Of a stretch of DNA of 64,000 nucleotides, positions 33,450-50,852 are shown piece after piece. The translations under genes were made by a program, and so were the position numbers. Location of the stretch: assembly GCF_003334355.1 (NCBI RefSeq), contig NZ_QOWP01000014.1, one strand, 5' to 3'. Position 1 is the stretch's first letter. Each line of letters starts with the position of its first letter. The stretch comes from Escherichia coli. GTDB taxonomy: Bacteria; Pseudomonadota; Gammaproteobacteria; Enterobacterales; Enterobacteriaceae. A model generated the notes under the pieces. The model had not been told where the DNA came from and did no database searches. It saw nothing but the letters and a program-made list of their open reading frames with translations.

Positions 33450-34493
33450 TTACAGGTTGTTGAAGATGCGGTTTTCTTGTTCCTGCACACGAATAAACGT
33501 GGTGCGCTTGGTCAGCTCTTTCAGGCGTGAAGCCCCAACGTATGTACAAGCTGAACGCAGGCCGCCCAAAATATCTCGCGCGGTATTTTCAACCGGGCCT
33601 CGCAGCGGCAGCTTAACGGTTTTACCTTCTGCTGCGCGATATTCCGCAACGCCGCCAACGTGACGTTTCATCGCAGACTCGGAGCTCATGCCGTAGAACA
33701 GCATAAATTTCTCGCCGTTCTCCTCAACGATGCGACCGCCGCTCTCTTCGTGGCCCGCCAGCATGCCGCCAAGCATGACGAAATCGGCACCGCCGCCAAA
33801 GGCTTTCGCCACATCGCCCGGCGTGGTGCAGCCACCATCGCTGACGATCATTCCGCCCAGACCGTGCGCAGCATCGGCACATTCGATTACCGCAGAAAGT
33901 TGCGGATAACCGACGCCTGTTTTGACGCGAGTTGTACAAACAGAACCTGGGCCAATGCCAACTTTAACGATATCAGCACCGGAGAGGATAAGCTCCTCAC
34001 ACATTTCACCAGTCACTACGTTACCAGCACAAATGGTTTTGGTCGGCCACGCTTCACGCGCTTTCGCAACGAACTGCACGAAGTGTTCGGAATAACCATT
34101 CGCCACGTCAATACAAACGAAGTTTAATGCCGGGTTCAGGTCGAGAATCTGTTTAGTTTTTTCGAAATCCGCATCAGACGTACCGGTAGAAACCATCACA
34201 TGTTTCAGCACATCAGCGGAAGAATTGTTGATAAACGCTTGCCACTCTTCGACAGAATAGTGTTTATGCACAGCAGTCAAAATATCAAAAGAAGCCAGCG
34301 CAGAGGCCATAGAAAATGTGCCTACGGTGTCCATATTTGCGGCGATAATCGGCACGCCGGACCAGCTCTGACCTGAATGTTTGAAGGTGAATTGACGTTC
34401 CAGTTCAACATCGGAACGGCTTTTAAGAGTGGAGCGTTTAGGGCGGATGAGAACGTCTTTAAAACCTAACTTCAGATCTTCTTCAATACGCAT
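33450..34493 (-). CDS. guaC: GMP reductase
   Basis: ORF-track 347 aa starting [35 protein letters not shown], recognised as GuaC. Confidence 0.97.
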
Positions 34494-34717
34494 GTGCGGA
34501 TTCCTGGGGTTAATGGCTATAAGGGTAAGAGCGCAACTCCAGTGACGCTATCATACGCACTAATCAATGCGGCGCAAGACTGCGAAATTGTCTTTTTTTA
34601 CGCTACAATCCCATAAATTTACCTGGTAAATAGTGAGCGAACGTTTCATCAATTTCGCTTTCGTGCACTCATTTTTAACGTTTTGATAATCATGATGAAT
34701 TCCCGGGAATATAAATT

Positions 34718-35338
34718 ATGAGGTATATAGTTGCCTTAACGGGAGGCATTGGCAGTGGCAAGAGTACCGTTGCCAATGCGTTTGCTGATCTCGGAATTAA
34801 CGTCATTGATGCCGATATTATTGCGCGTCAGGTGGTTGAACCAGGTGCACCTGCGCTACATGCCATTGCTGATCACTTTGGCGCTAACATGATTGCTGCT
34901 GATGGAACATTGCAGCGCCGGGCCTTGCGCGAGCGGATCTTCGCCAACCCGGAAGAGAAAAACTGGCTTAACGCCCTGCTGCATCCGCTGATTCAGCAAG
35001 AGACGCAACACCAGATCCAGCAAGCTACTTCCCCCTATGTACTGTGGGTTGTGCCATTGCTGGTAGAAAACTCACTGTATAAAAAAGCGAATCGAGTGCT
35101 GGTGGTGGATGTCAGCCCAGAAACGCAACTTAAGCGCACCATGCAGCGCGATGATGTAACTCGCGAGCATGTCGAACAAATCCTTGCTGCTCAGGCAACG
35201 CGCGAAGCCCGCCTTGCCGTGGCAGATGACGTCATTGATAATAACGGCGCACCGGATGCTATCGCATCGGATGTTGCCCGCCTGCACGCACACTATTTGC
35301 AGCTTGCGTCGCAGTTTGTCTCACAGGAAAAACCGTAA
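34718..35338 (+). CDS. coaE: dephospho-CoA kinase
   Basis: ORF-track 206 aa; P-loop GGIGSGKST; recognised as CoaE. Confidence 0.95.
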   Translation: MRYIVALTGGIGSGKSTVANAFADLGINVIDADIIARQVVEPGAPALHAIADHFGANMIAADGTLQRRALRERIFANPEEKNWLNALLHPLIQQETQHQIQQATSPYVLWVVPLLVENSLYKKANRVLVVDVSPETQLKRTMQRDDVTREHVEQILAAQATREARLAVADDVIDNNGAPDAIASDVARLHAHYLQLASQFVSQEKP

Positions 35339-36081
35339 TGCAGACCCAGGTCCTTTTTGAACATCCACTAAATGAAAAAATGCGTACATGGCTGCGCATT
35401 GAGTTTTTGATTCAGCAACTCACCGTTAATTTACCCATCGTTGACCACGCTGGCGCGCTGCATTTCTTCCATAATGTCAGTGAATTACTGGATGTTTTCG
35501 AGCGCGGCGAAGTCCGCACTGAGCTGTTGAAAGAACTTGACCGGCAGCAACGTAAACTCCAGACCTGGATTGGCGTGCCTGGCGTGGACCAGAGCCGTAT
35601 TGAAGCATTAATTCAGCAGTTAAAAGCGGCGGGGAGCGTATTAATTTCCGCGCCGCGTATCGGGCAATTTCTGCGTGAAGATCGTTTGATTGCTCTGGTG
35701 CGTCAGCGACTGAGCATCCCAGGCGGCTGTTGCAGCTTTGATTTACCTACATTGCACATTTGGCTGCATCTACCCCAGGCGCAGCGCGACAGCCAGGTAG
35801 AAACCTGGATTGCCAGCCTGAACCCGCTCACCCAGGCACTTACCATGGTGCTGGATTTAATTCGCCAGTCGGCCCCCTTCCGTAAACAAACCAGCCTGAA
35901 TGGTTTTTATCAGGATAACGGTGGCGATGCCGACTTGCTGCGCCTGAATCTGTCGCTCGATTCACAGCTTTATCCGCAAATTTCCGGACATAAGAGCCGT
36001 TTTGCCATTCGTTTTATGCCGCTGGACACTGAAAACGGACAGGTACCGGAACGTCTGGATTTCGAACTGGCCTGTTGCTAA
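35338..36081 (+). CDS. zapD: cell division protein ZapD (FtsZ-associated)
   Basis: ORF-track 247 aa recognised as ZapD (YacF); 1-nt overlap with coaE stop. Confidence 0.93.
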   Translation: MQTQVLFEHPLNEKMRTWLRIEFLIQQLTVNLPIVDHAGALHFFHNVSELLDVFERGEVRTELLKELDRQQRKLQTWIGVPGVDQSRIEALIQQLKAAGSVLISAPRIGQFLREDRLIALVRQRLSIPGGCCSFDLPTLHIWLHLPQAQRDSQVETWIASLNPLTQALTMVLDLIRQSAPFRKQTSLNGFYQDNGGDADLLRLNLSLDSQLYPQISGHKSRFAIRFMPLDTENGQVPERLDFELACC

Positions 36082-36090
36082 GGAGTAAAA

Positions 36091-36288
36091 ATGTCAGAAA
36101 CTATTACGGTGAATTGCCCAACCTGCGGGAAAACGGTGGTGTGGGGTGAAATCAGCCCGTTTCGGCCATTTTGCTCCAAACGTTGTCAGCTGATCGACCT
36201 CGGAGAATGGGCTGCTGAAGAAAAACGAATCCCCAGCAGTGGCGATCTTTCCGAAAGCGATGACTGGAGCGAAGAGCCAAAGCAGTGA
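36091..36288 (+). CDS. yacG: DNA gyrase inhibitor YacG (zinc finger)
   Basis: ORF-track 65 aa with CPTCGK...CSKRCQ zinc-binding cysteines; recognised as YacG. Confidence 0.93.
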
Positions 36289-36304
36289 CATTTGTCTGAT
36301 GCCG

Positions 36305-36510
36305 CACGTAGGCCTGATAAGACGCGGGCAGCGTCGCATCAGGCATCTTGTGCAAATGTCGGATGCGGCGTGAACGCCTTATCTGACCTACAAAAACAAA
36401 TTTATCAATGAGTTATAAATCCCTGTAGGCCTGATAAGACGCGCCAGCGTCGCATCAGGCATCGTGTGCGAATGTCAGATGCGGCGAAAACGCCTTATCT
36501 GACATACACA
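36305..36510. repeat. REP cluster (four REP units, two BIME-like pairs) between yacG and mutT, last unit overlapping the mutT 3-prime end
   Basis: Alternating gtaggcctgataagacgcg...gcgtcgcatcaggc and ggatgcggcg(tg/aa)aacgccttatctgac(c/a)taca units read directly from the sequence. Confidence 0.8.
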
Positions 36511-36893
36511 CGCTTAAGCTTCGCAATTACCTGTTCATTGGCTGGCGGAAACTCATCGGCATTAAGACCGACCAGCGACATCCACTCACCGGGTTGCCCT
36601 TCTTTACCCCACGGCTCCCCTTCCCAGCGTTCGACCAGCCAAAACCACAGTGTTATATGCCTGTCCGGGAATTCATATTCCAGTTTTTCAAATAGCGAAA
36701 AATGTTGGGGGGTAATCCCGACTTCTTCCTGAAGTTCACGCACCACCGCCTGTTCCGGCGTTTCACCCATTTCAATTTTACCGCCGGGAAACTCCAGTTT
36801 ATTCGCCATGTGCGCATCTGCTGCGCGACGCGTTATAAAGATTTCATTGTTCTCGTTGCGAATAATACCTACCGCAATTTGCAGCTTTTTCAT
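36495..36893 (-). CDS. mutT: 8-oxo-dGTP diphosphatase (Nudix)
   Basis: ORF-track 132 aa; Nudix box GGKIEMGETPEQAVVRELQEEVG; C-terminus runs into a REP element and ends ...KRVYVR. Confidence 0.93.
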   Translation of the reverse strand: MKKLQIAVGIIRNENNEIFITRRAADAHMANKLEFPGGKIEMGETPEQAVVRELQEEVGITPQHFSLFEKLEYEFPDRHITLWFWLVERWEGEPWGKEGQPGEWMSLVGLNADEFPPANEQVIAKLKRVYVR

Positions 36894-36906
36894 TGTCTTA
36901 AACCTA

Positions 36907-36936
36907 TAAAAAAGGCGCAGAATCCTGCGCCTTTTA
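36907..36936 (-). terminator. Rho-independent terminator after secA (before mutT)
   Basis: aaggcgcag-aatc-ctgcgcctt 9-bp stem; on the minus strand followed by ttttttatagg. Confidence 0.65.
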
Positions 36937-36952
36937 CTTTAACAGTTAGCTT

Positions 36953-39658
36953 TTATTGCAGGCGGCCATGGCACTGCTTGTATTTTTTACCAGAACCGCA
37001 CGGGCAAGGATCGTTACGTCCTACTTTGCGCTCTCCAGTTTGCGCCGCCAGTGCAGCTGCGGCTGCAGAGTCGTCATCCTGATGGCTAAGCTGCTGCATT
37101 TGCGCTAAACGCTCGGCTTCCATACGACGCTGTTGTTCCAGCTCCTCAACCTCTTCAGGCATACGTACCTGGACTTTGCTCAACGTGCTGATAACTTCAT
37201 ATTTTAACGACTCCAGCATCGCTGCAAACATGGAGAACGATTCACGTTTGTATTCCTGCTTCGGATCTTTCTGTGCGTAGCCACGCAGGTGGATACCCTG
37301 ACGCAGATAGTCCATCGCTGCCAGGTGCTCTTTCCACAGGGAGTCAAGCGTTTGCAGCATGACGCCTTTCTCGAAGTGACGCATCATCTCAGCACCAACC
37401 ACTTCTTCTTTACGCTGATACACTTCGATGGACTGCGCCAGAATTCGCTCACGCAGCGTCTCTTCATGCAGTTCTGGTTCTTTATCCAGCCACTCGGCAA
37501 TTGGCAAATCGAGGTCGAAATCGTTCTTCAGACGTTCCTGCAGCCCCGGAATATCCCACATTTCTTCCAGCGACTGTGGTGGAATGTAGGCATCAATGGT
37601 CGCTTTGAACACATCTTCACGAATGCTGTTAATGGTTTCGCTCACATCGCTGACATCCAACAGTTCGTTACGCTGGGAGTAAATGGCGCGACGCTGATCG
37701 TTAGCCACGTCATCATATTCCAGCAGTTGCTTACGAATGTCGAAGTTACGGCTTTCAACTTTACGCTGGGCGTTGGCAATCGCTTTAGTCACCCACGGGT
37801 GTTCAATGGCTTCGCCTGGCTTCATACCCAGTTTACGCATCATGCCGGATACTCGGTCGGAAGCAAAAATACGCATCAGCGCATCTTCCATCGACAGGTA
37901 GAAACGGGAAGAACCAGCATCCCCCTGACGACCAGAACGACCGCGCAACTGGTTATCGATACGACGGGATTCGTGACGCTCGGTACCGATGATATGCAGG
38001 CCACCTGCTTCCAGTACCGCATCGTGACGTACCTGCCAGTCGGCTTTAATTTTTTCAATTTGCTCTGCGGTCGGATTTTCCAGCGCGGCAACTTCTGCCT
38101 GCCAGCTACCACCGAGCACAATATCTGTACCACGACCCGCCATATTGGTCGCGATAGTCACCGCAGCCGGATAACCTGCCTGAGCAACAATCGCCGCTTC
38201 GTTGGCGTGGAATTTGGCGTTCAGGACGTTGTGCTTAATACCGGCTTTGGTCAGTTCGTTTGACACCAGCTCCGATTTTTCGATGGAGATAGTACCCACC
38301 AGCACCGGCTGGCCTTTCGCAGTACGTTCTTTGATATCTTCAATGATCGCCTGAATTTTTTCCGCTTCAGTCATGTAGACCAGGTCCGGCAGATCTTTAC
38401 GAATCATTGGACGGTTGGTCGGAACAACGACGGTATCCAGCTTGTAGATTGAGCTAAATTCGAAAGCTTCGGTATCAGCAGTACCGGTCATCCCCGCCAG
38501 TTTTTCATACAGACGGAAGTAGTTCTGGAAGGTGATCGAAGCCAGCGTTTGGTTTTCGTTCTGGATCTGCACACCTTCTTTCGCTTCCACAGCCTGGTGC
38601 AGACCATCGGACCAGCGACGGCCCTGCATGGTACGACCGGTGTGTTCGTCAACGATGATAACTTCACCATCTTTAACGATGTAGTCGACGTCACGGGTAA
38701 ACAGCGCATGAGCGCGCAGCGCCGCCGTTACGTGGTGCATCAGCATGATGTTGGCCGGAGAGTACAGAGACTCCCCTTCATCCATGATGCCCTCTTTCAC
38801 CAGCAGTTCTTCAATCAGCACCAGACCACGTTCGGTCAGGTTCACCTGGCGAGATTTTTCGTCCACCGAGAAGTGGCCTTCGCCCTGGAAGGTTTCGGAG
38901 TCTTCTTTTTCCTGACGGATCAGGTGCGGAATAATTTTATTCACGCGTTTATACATTTCCGAGCTGTCTTCTGCCGGGCCGGAAATGATCAGCGGTGTAC
39001 GCGCTTCATCGATCAGGATGGAGTCCACTTCGTCCACCAGCGCATAGTGCAGTTTACGCTGTACACGTTCTTCAGGGCTGAACGCCATGTTGTCGCGCAG
39101 GTAGTCAAAGCCGTATTCGTTGTTCGTACCGTAAGTGATGTCAGCTGCGTAAGCTTCGCGCTTTGCCGGTGCTGGCATGCCCGGCAGGTTGATACCGACA
39201 GTCAGGCCAAGGAATTCAAACAGCGGACGGTTGTTTTCGGCGTCACGTTGCGCCAGGTAGTCGTTGACGGTAACTACGTGCACGCCTTTACCGGTTAGTG
39301 CGTTCAGGTAAGCAGGCAGCGTTGCGGTCAGGGTTTTACCTTCACCGGTACGCATTTCGGCGATGCAGCGTTCGTTAAGAACCATACCGCCGAGTAACTG
39401 AACGTCGAAGTGACGCATACCAAAGACGCGCTTACTTGCCTCACGTACCACGGCGAAAGCTTCCGGGATCAGATTTTCCAGCACTTCGCCTTTTTCCAGA
39501 CGTGCACGAAACTCTGCGGTTTTCCCTTTCAGTTCTTCGTCGGAGAGTTTTTCCATCTCCGGTTCCATGGCATTGATGATGTTGACCACTTTGCGCATCC
39601 GGCGCAGGGTGCGATCGTTACGACTACCGAAAACTTTAGTTAATAATTTGATTAGCAT
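36953..39658 (-). CDS. secA: preprotein translocase ATPase SecA
   Basis: ORF-track 901 aa; C-terminal zinc-binding [14 protein letters not shown]; recognised as SecA. Confidence 0.98.
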
Positions 39659-39719
39659 AATAAAATCTCAAACGCCCCGCGTTGCGGAGTTAATAAAATG
39701 AAGTAAAGGTTTATTGTTG

Positions 39720-40400
<681 letters not shown>

Positions 40401-40462
40401 TCACCTGGCCGGAGAGAGTGCCAGATTTGCCAGTCGAATTTTATACGACAGTATAAATGTCG

Positions 40463-41401
<939 letters not shown>

Positions 41402-41480
41402 CTATCCAACCGAAGTGTACTATACATTCGGCGGGCCAGTTTAGCACAAAGAGCCTCGAAACCCAAATTCCAGTCAATTC

Positions 41481-42632
41481 TTAATCAGCTTGCTTACGCA
41501 GGAATGCTGGAATATCCAGATAATCCGGCTCTTTCGCAGTTTGCGGCGCATTGTCATTCACGACTTTAGCAATCGGCTTCTGCTCCTGGGTCAGCGGAGC
41601 CATCCCGTGCTGCTGGTAGCGATCCATCACTGGCTGCTGAACCTGCTTATTGGTCACCAGAGTGATTTCAGGACGTTTGTCCATGCCGATACCTGTCGCA
41701 ACAACAGTTACGCGCAGCTCGTCATTCATATCCGGGTCAAGAGAAGTACCGATAACCACGGTCGCGTTGTCGGAAGCAAATGCACGGATGGTGTTACCTA
41801 CCGTTTCGAACTCATCCAGACGCAGGTCGAAGCCCGCTGTGATGTTAACCAGCACGCCGCGTGCGCCAGACAGGTCGATATCTTCCAGCAGCGGAGAAGA
41901 GATAGCCATTTCAGCAGCTTCTTCCGCACGGTCTTCACCGCTCGCCACGCCAGAACCCATCATTGCGTAGCCCATTTCAGACATTACGGTGCGTACGTCT
42001 GCAAAGTCCACGTTCATCAAACCCGGACGAGTAATCAGTTCAGCGATACCTTGCACAGCGCCTTTCAGTACATCGTTCGCTGCGCCAAACGCATCCAGCA
42101 GGGAGATACCGCGGCCCAGAACTTTCAGCAGTTTGTCGTTCGGGATAGTGATCAGAGAGTCCACATGCTTGGACAGTTCAGTGATCCCCTGCTCCGCGAA
42201 TGCCATACGCTTCTTGCCTTCAAAGTTGAAAGGCTTAGTGACGACAGCAACGGTCAGGATACCCAAATCTTTTGCCACTTCAGCGACGACTGGTGCTGCA
42301 CCTGTACCGGTACCACCACCCATACCCGCAGCAATAAAGACCATGTCTGCACCTTCCAGCGCAGCACGCAATGCATCGCGATCCTCATCAGCCGCATTGC
42401 GGCCAACTTCTGGATTAGCGCCAGCGCCCAGTCCTTTGGTGATACCGCTACCGATTTGAATCGTCTGTCCAACCGCTGTTTTACGCAGCGCTTGTGCATC
42501 GGTATTTACCGCGAAGAATTCAACACCTTCAATGCGCTCACGCACCATGTGTTCAACAGCATTACCGCCGCCGCCGCCGACGCCGATGACTTTAATCACC
42601 GCGTCATTGGTAAGTTCCATTGGTTCAAACAT
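41481..42632 (-). CDS. ftsZ: cell division GTPase FtsZ
   Basis: ORF-track 383 aa; tubulin signature GGGTGTG; recognised as FtsZ. Confidence 0.98.
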   Translation of the reverse strand: MFEPMELTNDAVIKVIGVGGGGGNAVEHMVRERIEGVEFFAVNTDAQALRKTAVGQTIQIGSGITKGLGAGANPEVGRNAADEDRDALRAALEGADMVFIAAGMGGGTGTGAAPVVAEVAKDLGILTVAVVTKPFNFEGKKRMAFAEQGITELSKHVDSLITIPNDKLLKVLGRGISLLDAFGAANDVLKGAVQGIAELITRPGLMNVDFADVRTVMSEMGYAMMGSGVASGEDRAEEAAEMAISSPLLEDIDLSGARGVLVNITAGFDLRLDEFETVGNTIRAFASDNATVVIGTSLDPDMNDELRVTVVATGIGMDKRPEITLVTNKQVQQPVMDRYQQHGMAPLTQEQKPIAKVVNDNAPQTAKEPDYLDIPAFLRKQAD

Positions 42633-42692
42633 AGTTTCTCTCCGATTTGTGCCTGTCGCCTGAGGCCGTAATCATCGTCGGCCTCATAAAAA

Positions 42693-43955
42693 TTAAAACT
42701 CTTTTCGCAGCCAACTATTGAGTCGCTTGATCCACGAGCCAACTGATGCTGTAACACGTTTTTCTACTTCAGCTTCACCGTTAAGATGTGACTCTTTCCC
42801 ATAGTGAAGCAATCCCACCGCCGTCGAATAATACGGCTCCTGAGCATAATCCGTTAAACCGGTAATGTTCAGCGGCGCGCCGATACGCACTTGCGTATGA
42901 AACACGCGCTGAGCACAGGCTGCAAGACCTTCGATCTGCGCTGCGCCACCGGTTAATACAATGCCTGCCGCCAGGTGATGTTTAACCCCTTGTTGGCGAA
43001 GCTTTTCCTGCAACTGCAATATCTCTTCGTTGACCAGGTTGAGCAGCTCGGTATAGCGCGGCTCGATCACCTCTGCCAGGGTCTGACGTTGCAGACTCCG
43101 CGGCGGACGACCACCTACGCTCGGCACTTCCACGCTCTCATCTTTTCCAACGATGGAACCCAGCGCACAACCGTGGCGAACTTTAATCGCTTCGGCGTCG
43201 CTTGGCGGCGTGCCAAAGGCGTAAGCGATATCACTGGTCACGACATTGCCAGCATAAGGAATTACCTTAGTGTGGCGCAATGCCCCACCGGTATAAACGG
43301 CGATATCCATTGTACCACCACCGATATCGACGACGCAGACACCCAGTTCACGTTCATCTTCCGTCAATACCGAATAACTTGATGCCAGTCCGGCAAATAT
43401 CAGTTGGTCAACTTTCAGCCCACAACGTTCAACCGCTTTGACGATGTTTTTCGCCATATCGTTGTGACATGTGATCAGGTGCACTTTTGCCTGCATCCGC
43501 ACGCCCGAAAGTCCTACCGGATTCTTGATCCCTTCCTGATAGTCAATCGCATACTCTTGCGGGATCACATGCAGCACACGATGCTCATCGCGCACACGCA
43601 CCGATTTCGCGGTGTGGACGACGTTTTCCACATCTTCTTGCGTTACTTCTTCTTCAGAAATAGGCACCATACCAATTTCATTCTGGCAGCTGATGTGCTT
43701 ACCAGAAAGCGCCAGATATACCGAAGAGATCTGACAATCTGCCATCAATTCTGCCTGGTCAATGGCGCGTTGTACGCACTTGACCACGGATTCGAGGTCG
43801 TTCACCCCGCCTTTATCCATACCACGCGACGGGCAGCTGCCCACGCCAATGATATTGACCATACCGTCGGGCAGAACTTCCCCTACTAAAGCGGCAACCT
43901 TCGCGGTACCAATCTCCAGTCCTACTACCAGTTTTCTGTCCGTCGCCTTGATCAT
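42693..43955 (-). CDS. ftsA: cell division protein FtsA (actin-like ATPase)
   Basis: ORF-track 420 aa starting [27 protein letters not shown], recognised as FtsA. Confidence 0.98.
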   Translation of the reverse strand: MIKATDRKLVVGLEIGTAKVAALVGEVLPDGMVNIIGVGSCPSRGMDKGGVNDLESVVKCVQRAIDQAELMADCQISSVYLALSGKHISCQNEIGMVPISEEEVTQEDVENVVHTAKSVRVRDEHRVLHVIPQEYAIDYQEGIKNPVGLSGVRMQAKVHLITCHNDMAKNIVKAVERCGLKVDQLIFAGLASSYSVLTEDERELGVCVVDIGGGTMDIAVYTGGALRHTKVIPYAGNVVTSDIAYAFGTPPSDAEAIKVRHGCALGSIVGKDESVEVPSVGGRPPRSLQRQTLAEVIEPRYTELLNLVNEEILQLQEKLRQQGVKHHLAAGIVLTGGAAQIEGLAACAQRVFHTQVRIGAPLNITGLTDYAQEPYYSTAVGLLHYGKESHLNGEAEVEKRVTASVGSWIKRLNSWLRKEF

Positions 43956-44782
43956 TGTTGTTCTGCCTGTGCCTGATTTTGTTGCTGAGTAGATTCCTCT
44001 GGCGGCAAGGGCGCCCAGCCTACTGCCGCTCCAGAGTCATAACGCAAATCAACGTAGCTAATCCGTTTGCCATCGGTTTGCGCCTGCTGCTGTAAAACCG
44101 GATAAAGTTCTACAAAGCGAGCCAAACGTTTCATCGTATCGCCCCGGCCAAGATTGAGCTTAATATCGTTATTCAGCGTCAACTGCCAGGAACGCCGCGC
44201 GGTCATCGCCGCTTCCTTCAGAGTAAATCTGTCCTTTGCCAGCATCTGCCCCATTTCGCGATAGCCCTGCAACACTTCATTGGCGCTGCCTTCCGGGCCA
44301 TACAGCATTGGAAGCACCTGCTTGCTGGTGCGTTCTGGCGGCACGCTGAAGGTATTTCCTTCCGCGTCTACCATATGTTGATCATTCCACCGCGCAATCG
44401 GCACATATTCAACCAGATGAATCTTCAATTCATCAGGCCACTGCTTTCTGACGCTCACCTGCTTAATCCACGGCAGGCGTTGTTCTATTTGCGTCTGGAT
44501 GATGTTGACATCCTGGGTCATAAAGGTACCCGGCTCACCCAATGCCAGGATCGACTGCCGGATATCGTCATTACGTGTGTAATGGCGTTCACCGGTCAAC
44601 ACCAGCTTTGAGAGCGGCAGGCGTTGCGCATCTTCCATCCAGCCCAACACGACCCAGCCGCTCACCAACACTGTCGTTAAAACGGTCAGCAGGAAAAGGA
44701 TCCCCGCCAGACGCGTTCCATTATTGCGGCGAGAAGAAACCTCTTCTTCGCTGTTTCGCGTGTTCAGAGCAGCCTGCGACAT
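43952..44782 (-). CDS. ftsQ: cell division protein FtsQ
   Basis: ORF-track 276 aa recognised as FtsQ; 4-nt overlap with ftsA. Confidence 0.95.
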   Translation of the reverse strand: MSQAALNTRNSEEEVSSRRNNGTRLAGILFLLTVLTTVLVSGWVVLGWMEDAQRLPLSKLVLTGERHYTRNDDIRQSILALGEPGTFMTQDVNIIQTQIEQRLPWIKQVSVRKQWPDELKIHLVEYVPIARWNDQHMVDAEGNTFSVPPERTSKQVLPMLYGPEGSANEVLQGYREMGQMLAKDRFTLKEAAMTARRSWQLTLNNDIKLNLGRGDTMKRLARFVELYPVLQQQAQTDGKRISYVDLRYDSGAAVGWAPLPPEESTQQQNQAQAEQQ

Positions 44783-44783
44783 A

Positions 44784-47172
<2,389 letters not shown>

Positions 47173-47225
47173 TCTTTACGCCATTAACTTCTTAAATTCA
47201 TACGATGCAAAAGGCATCGCTACAA

Positions 47226-48293
47226 TTACGCCCGGGCAACCCGGCTCACTTCATTTGCCACTCGCTCGGTGGCATCCGGAATGGATGCAGCGCGGGCGCG
47301 TTCTGCCATGGTTAATAAGGTTTCTCGCGACCACCCGGCCAGGGTGTTGGCGACAGCATCCACGCTAAGCTGTGGCTGCTCGATAATTTTGGCTGCGCCC
47401 GCTTTTTCCAGCGGTAGCGCATTCCAGTATTGCTGGCGGTCTTTATGTTGAAACGGCACAAACAACGCCGGTAGTCCTGCCGCGGCGATTTCACTCACCG
47501 TTAACGCACCGGAGCGGCAAACGACGACATCCGCCCACGCATACGCCGCCGCCATATCATCAATAAATTCCGTCACTTTATGCTGCGGTTGCCCCGCTTC
47601 GGCATACGCCTGTTCAACGGATTGTTGCGAACCTTTGCCGCTCTGATGCCAGATAGTGACTGAATCACCCAGTTTCGCAGCAACCTGCGGCATTGTCTGG
47701 TTAAGAATGCGTGCGCCCTGAGAACCACCCACTACCAGCACACGAACCGGACCTTCACGTCCAGCCAAACGTTGCTGCGGCAACGGCAGCGCCAACACAT
47801 CGGTACGCACCGGGTTACCCACTACTTCCGCATTAGGGAAAGCACCTGGAAACGCCTGCATCACTTTGGTGGCAATCTTCGCCAGCCATTTATTGGTTAA
47901 GCCCGCAATACCGTTTTGTTCATGAAGTACAACCGGAATGCCTAACGACCACGCGGCCAGACCACCTGGACCTGACACGTAGCCTCCCATACCGAGCACC
48001 ACGTCAGGTTTGTACGCTTTCATAATCGCCCGCGCCTGACGCCAGGCGTTGAAGATACGCAGCGGGGCAGCTATCAGTGCTTTTATACCTTTTCCACGCA
48101 GACCAGAGATACGAATGAAATCAATTTCGATGCCATGTTTTGGCACTAAGTCCGCTTCCATACGGTCGGCAGTCCCCAGCCAGCGAACTTGCCAACCCTG
48201 AGCCATTAGATGGTGCGCAACCGCCAGTCCCGGGAATACATGTCCACCGGTTCCGCCTGCCATCACCATTAATCGCTTTCCTTGACCACTCAT
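47226..48293 (-). CDS. murG: undecaprenyldiphospho-muramoylpentapeptide beta-N-acetylglucosaminyltransferase
   Basis: ORF-track 355 aa recognised as MurG. Confidence 0.97.
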
Positions 48294-49534
48294 CGTGAAC
48301 CTCGTACAAACGCCTGCGCTTTCTCCAGACGCGTTTCATAATCAATACGCAACAGCATCATGATGGCTGTCGACATAATCAGTAAGCTCGAACCACCGTA
48401 ACTGATCAGCGGCAATGTCAGACCTTTGGTCGGTAACATCCCCGCCGCCGCGCCTACGTTAACCAGCGCCTGGAAGCTAAACCAGATGCCAATAGAACAG
48501 GCGAGAAAACCGGAAAAACGGTGGTCAATTTCTAATGCTTTACGGCCAATCGACATCGCGCGAAAAGCGACGAAGAATACCATTAAAAGTGCCAGCACCA
48601 CACCGACATACCCCAGTTCTTCGCCGATAATGGCGAAAATAAAGTCAGTGTGCGCTTCCGGCAGATACTCCAGTTTTTGTACCGAGTTACCTAAACCTTG
48701 CCCCCAAAGTTCGCCGCGACCAAACGCCATCAGCGATTGCGTTAACTGATAGCCGCTGCCAAAGGGATCTTCCCACGGGTTCCAGAATGCGGTAACACGG
48801 CGGATACGGTACGGTTCGGCGAGTATCAGCAACACAACCGCTGAAATGCCCATACCGATAATGGCAATGAACTGCCACAATTTCGCTCCCGCCAGGAACA
48901 ACATCGCCAGCGTAGTCACAAACAACACCACCACCGTACCAAGGTCTGGCTGTGCCAGCAGTAACACTGCCAACACCAGAATCACGCCCATCGGTTTCAG
49001 GAAGCCGCGCAGGTTATTACGTACTTCGTCGCCTTTACGCACCAGATAGTTGGCGATATAGCAAAACAGCGACAGTTTTGTCAGCTCCGCAGGCTGGATA
49101 CGCAGCAAACCGAGATCGATCCAACGCGATGCCCCTTTAACCGAGCTACCCACTACCAGGACGATCATCAGCAGGATGATAGATCCGAGCAGCATCGTGG
49201 CACTGTAGCGTTGCCAGAACTCCATCGGCAGACGCAGCGTAATGATCGCCAGAATAAACGCCAAAATCAGATAGACACCATCACGCTTCGCGAAGAAGAA
49301 CGGATCGTTGGTTAAGCGTTGCCCTATGGGCATTGACGCCGAGGTCACCATGATAAAGCCAATCGCCGCGAGGCCGAAGGTCAGCCACAGTAAGGTGCGA
49401 TCGTACATGATCAGGCTGTCGGTATCTTTTTCCCGCGAGCCCATCACCCAGCCCTTTAGCGCCGTGGAGATCCAGACCAGGATACTGAATCCTGGCAGGC
49501 GCGGCATTTTCAGGCGAGGGAGAGATAAACGCAT
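48290..49534 (-). CDS. ftsW: peptidoglycan glycosyltransferase FtsW (SEDS family)
   Basis: ORF-track 415 aa starting at TTG; trimmed by one codon to the ATG (414 aa, [15 protein letters not shown]); start overlaps the murD stop (TGATG). Confidence 0.94.
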
Positions 49535-50850
49535 CAACCTAACTCCTTCGCCAGACGGGCAAACTCATTGCCTCGTTGTTCAAAGTTCTTGAACTGATCA
49601 AGGCTGGCACAGGCTGGGGAGAGCAGAACCATATCGCCCGGCTGAACACGCGGAGCCAGCAAGCGCATCGCCTGTTCCATAGTTTCGGTTTGTTCTGCCA
49701 CTTCCGGGCGTAGCGCCGCCAGCTGCGCGCCGTCACGACCGAAACAATACAGACGTACGTTATCGCCATTCAGGTAACGCGCCAGTGGGCTAAAGTCCGC
49801 CGATTTACCATCGCCACCCAGCAACAAATGCAGTGTGCCGTCTACGTGCAGGCCATTCAGCGCCGCTTCCGTACTGCCGACGTTGGTCGCTTTCGAATCG
49901 TTAATCCAACGTACGCCGTTATGCTCCAGCACAACTTCAAAGCGATGCGGCAGACCAGTGAATGTGGTTAACGCTTTCAGGCTGCTGGCACGCGGTAACC
50001 CTGCAGCATCTGCCAGCGCCAGCGCCGCCAGCGCATTGGTGTAGTTATGCTGCCCGGAAAGTTTCATCTCTTTCACATTCAGCACTTTCTCGCCTTTAAC
50101 CCGCAGCCAGGTTTCGCCCTGCTGATGATTCAGGTGATAGTCACCCATGTTGACGCCAAAGCTGACGCAGCGTTCATCCGCACCGCGAATCGGCATTGTT
50201 AAGGCATCATCAGCATTAACCACGCAAACTTTCGCGTTTTCGTAAATGCGCAGTTTTGCTGCACGATACTGTTGTAAACCAAACGGATAGCGATCCATAT
50301 GATCTTCAGTCACGTTCAGAATGGTCGCTGCTACCGCCTGTAAGCTGGAGGTGGTTTCCAGCTGGAAGCTCGACAGTTCCAGCACGTACAGTTCACACTC
50401 ATCATCCAGTAGCATCAACGCAGGCAGGCCAATATTGCCACCCACACCAACGTTAACCCCCGCCGCTTTCGCCATTTCACCCACTAGCGTGGTGACCGTG
50501 CTTTTGCCGTTAGAACCGGTAATCGCCACAATCGGTGCTTGTGCTTCGCGACAGAACAGCTCGATATCGCCAACGATTTCGATTCCGGCATCAGCGGCAG
50601 CGCTTAAGGATGGATGCGCCAGTGCAATACCGGGACTGGCGACAATCAGATCTGCCGCCATCAGCCATTCATCATTCAGACTGCCCGTGTGGCGTTCTAC
50701 GGCTTCGGGTAATTTATCCAGGCCTGGCGGTGTCATACGCGTATCCATAACGCGCGGCGTCACACCGCGAGCGAGGAAAAAGTCCACGCAGGAAAGCCCG
50801 GTGAGGCCCAGGCCGATAATGACGACATTTTTACCCTGATAATCAGCCAT
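49534..50850 (-). CDS. murD: UDP-N-acetylmuramoylalanine--D-glutamate ligase
   Basis: ORF-track 438 aa recognised as MurD. Confidence 0.97.
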
Positions 50851-50852
50851 GA

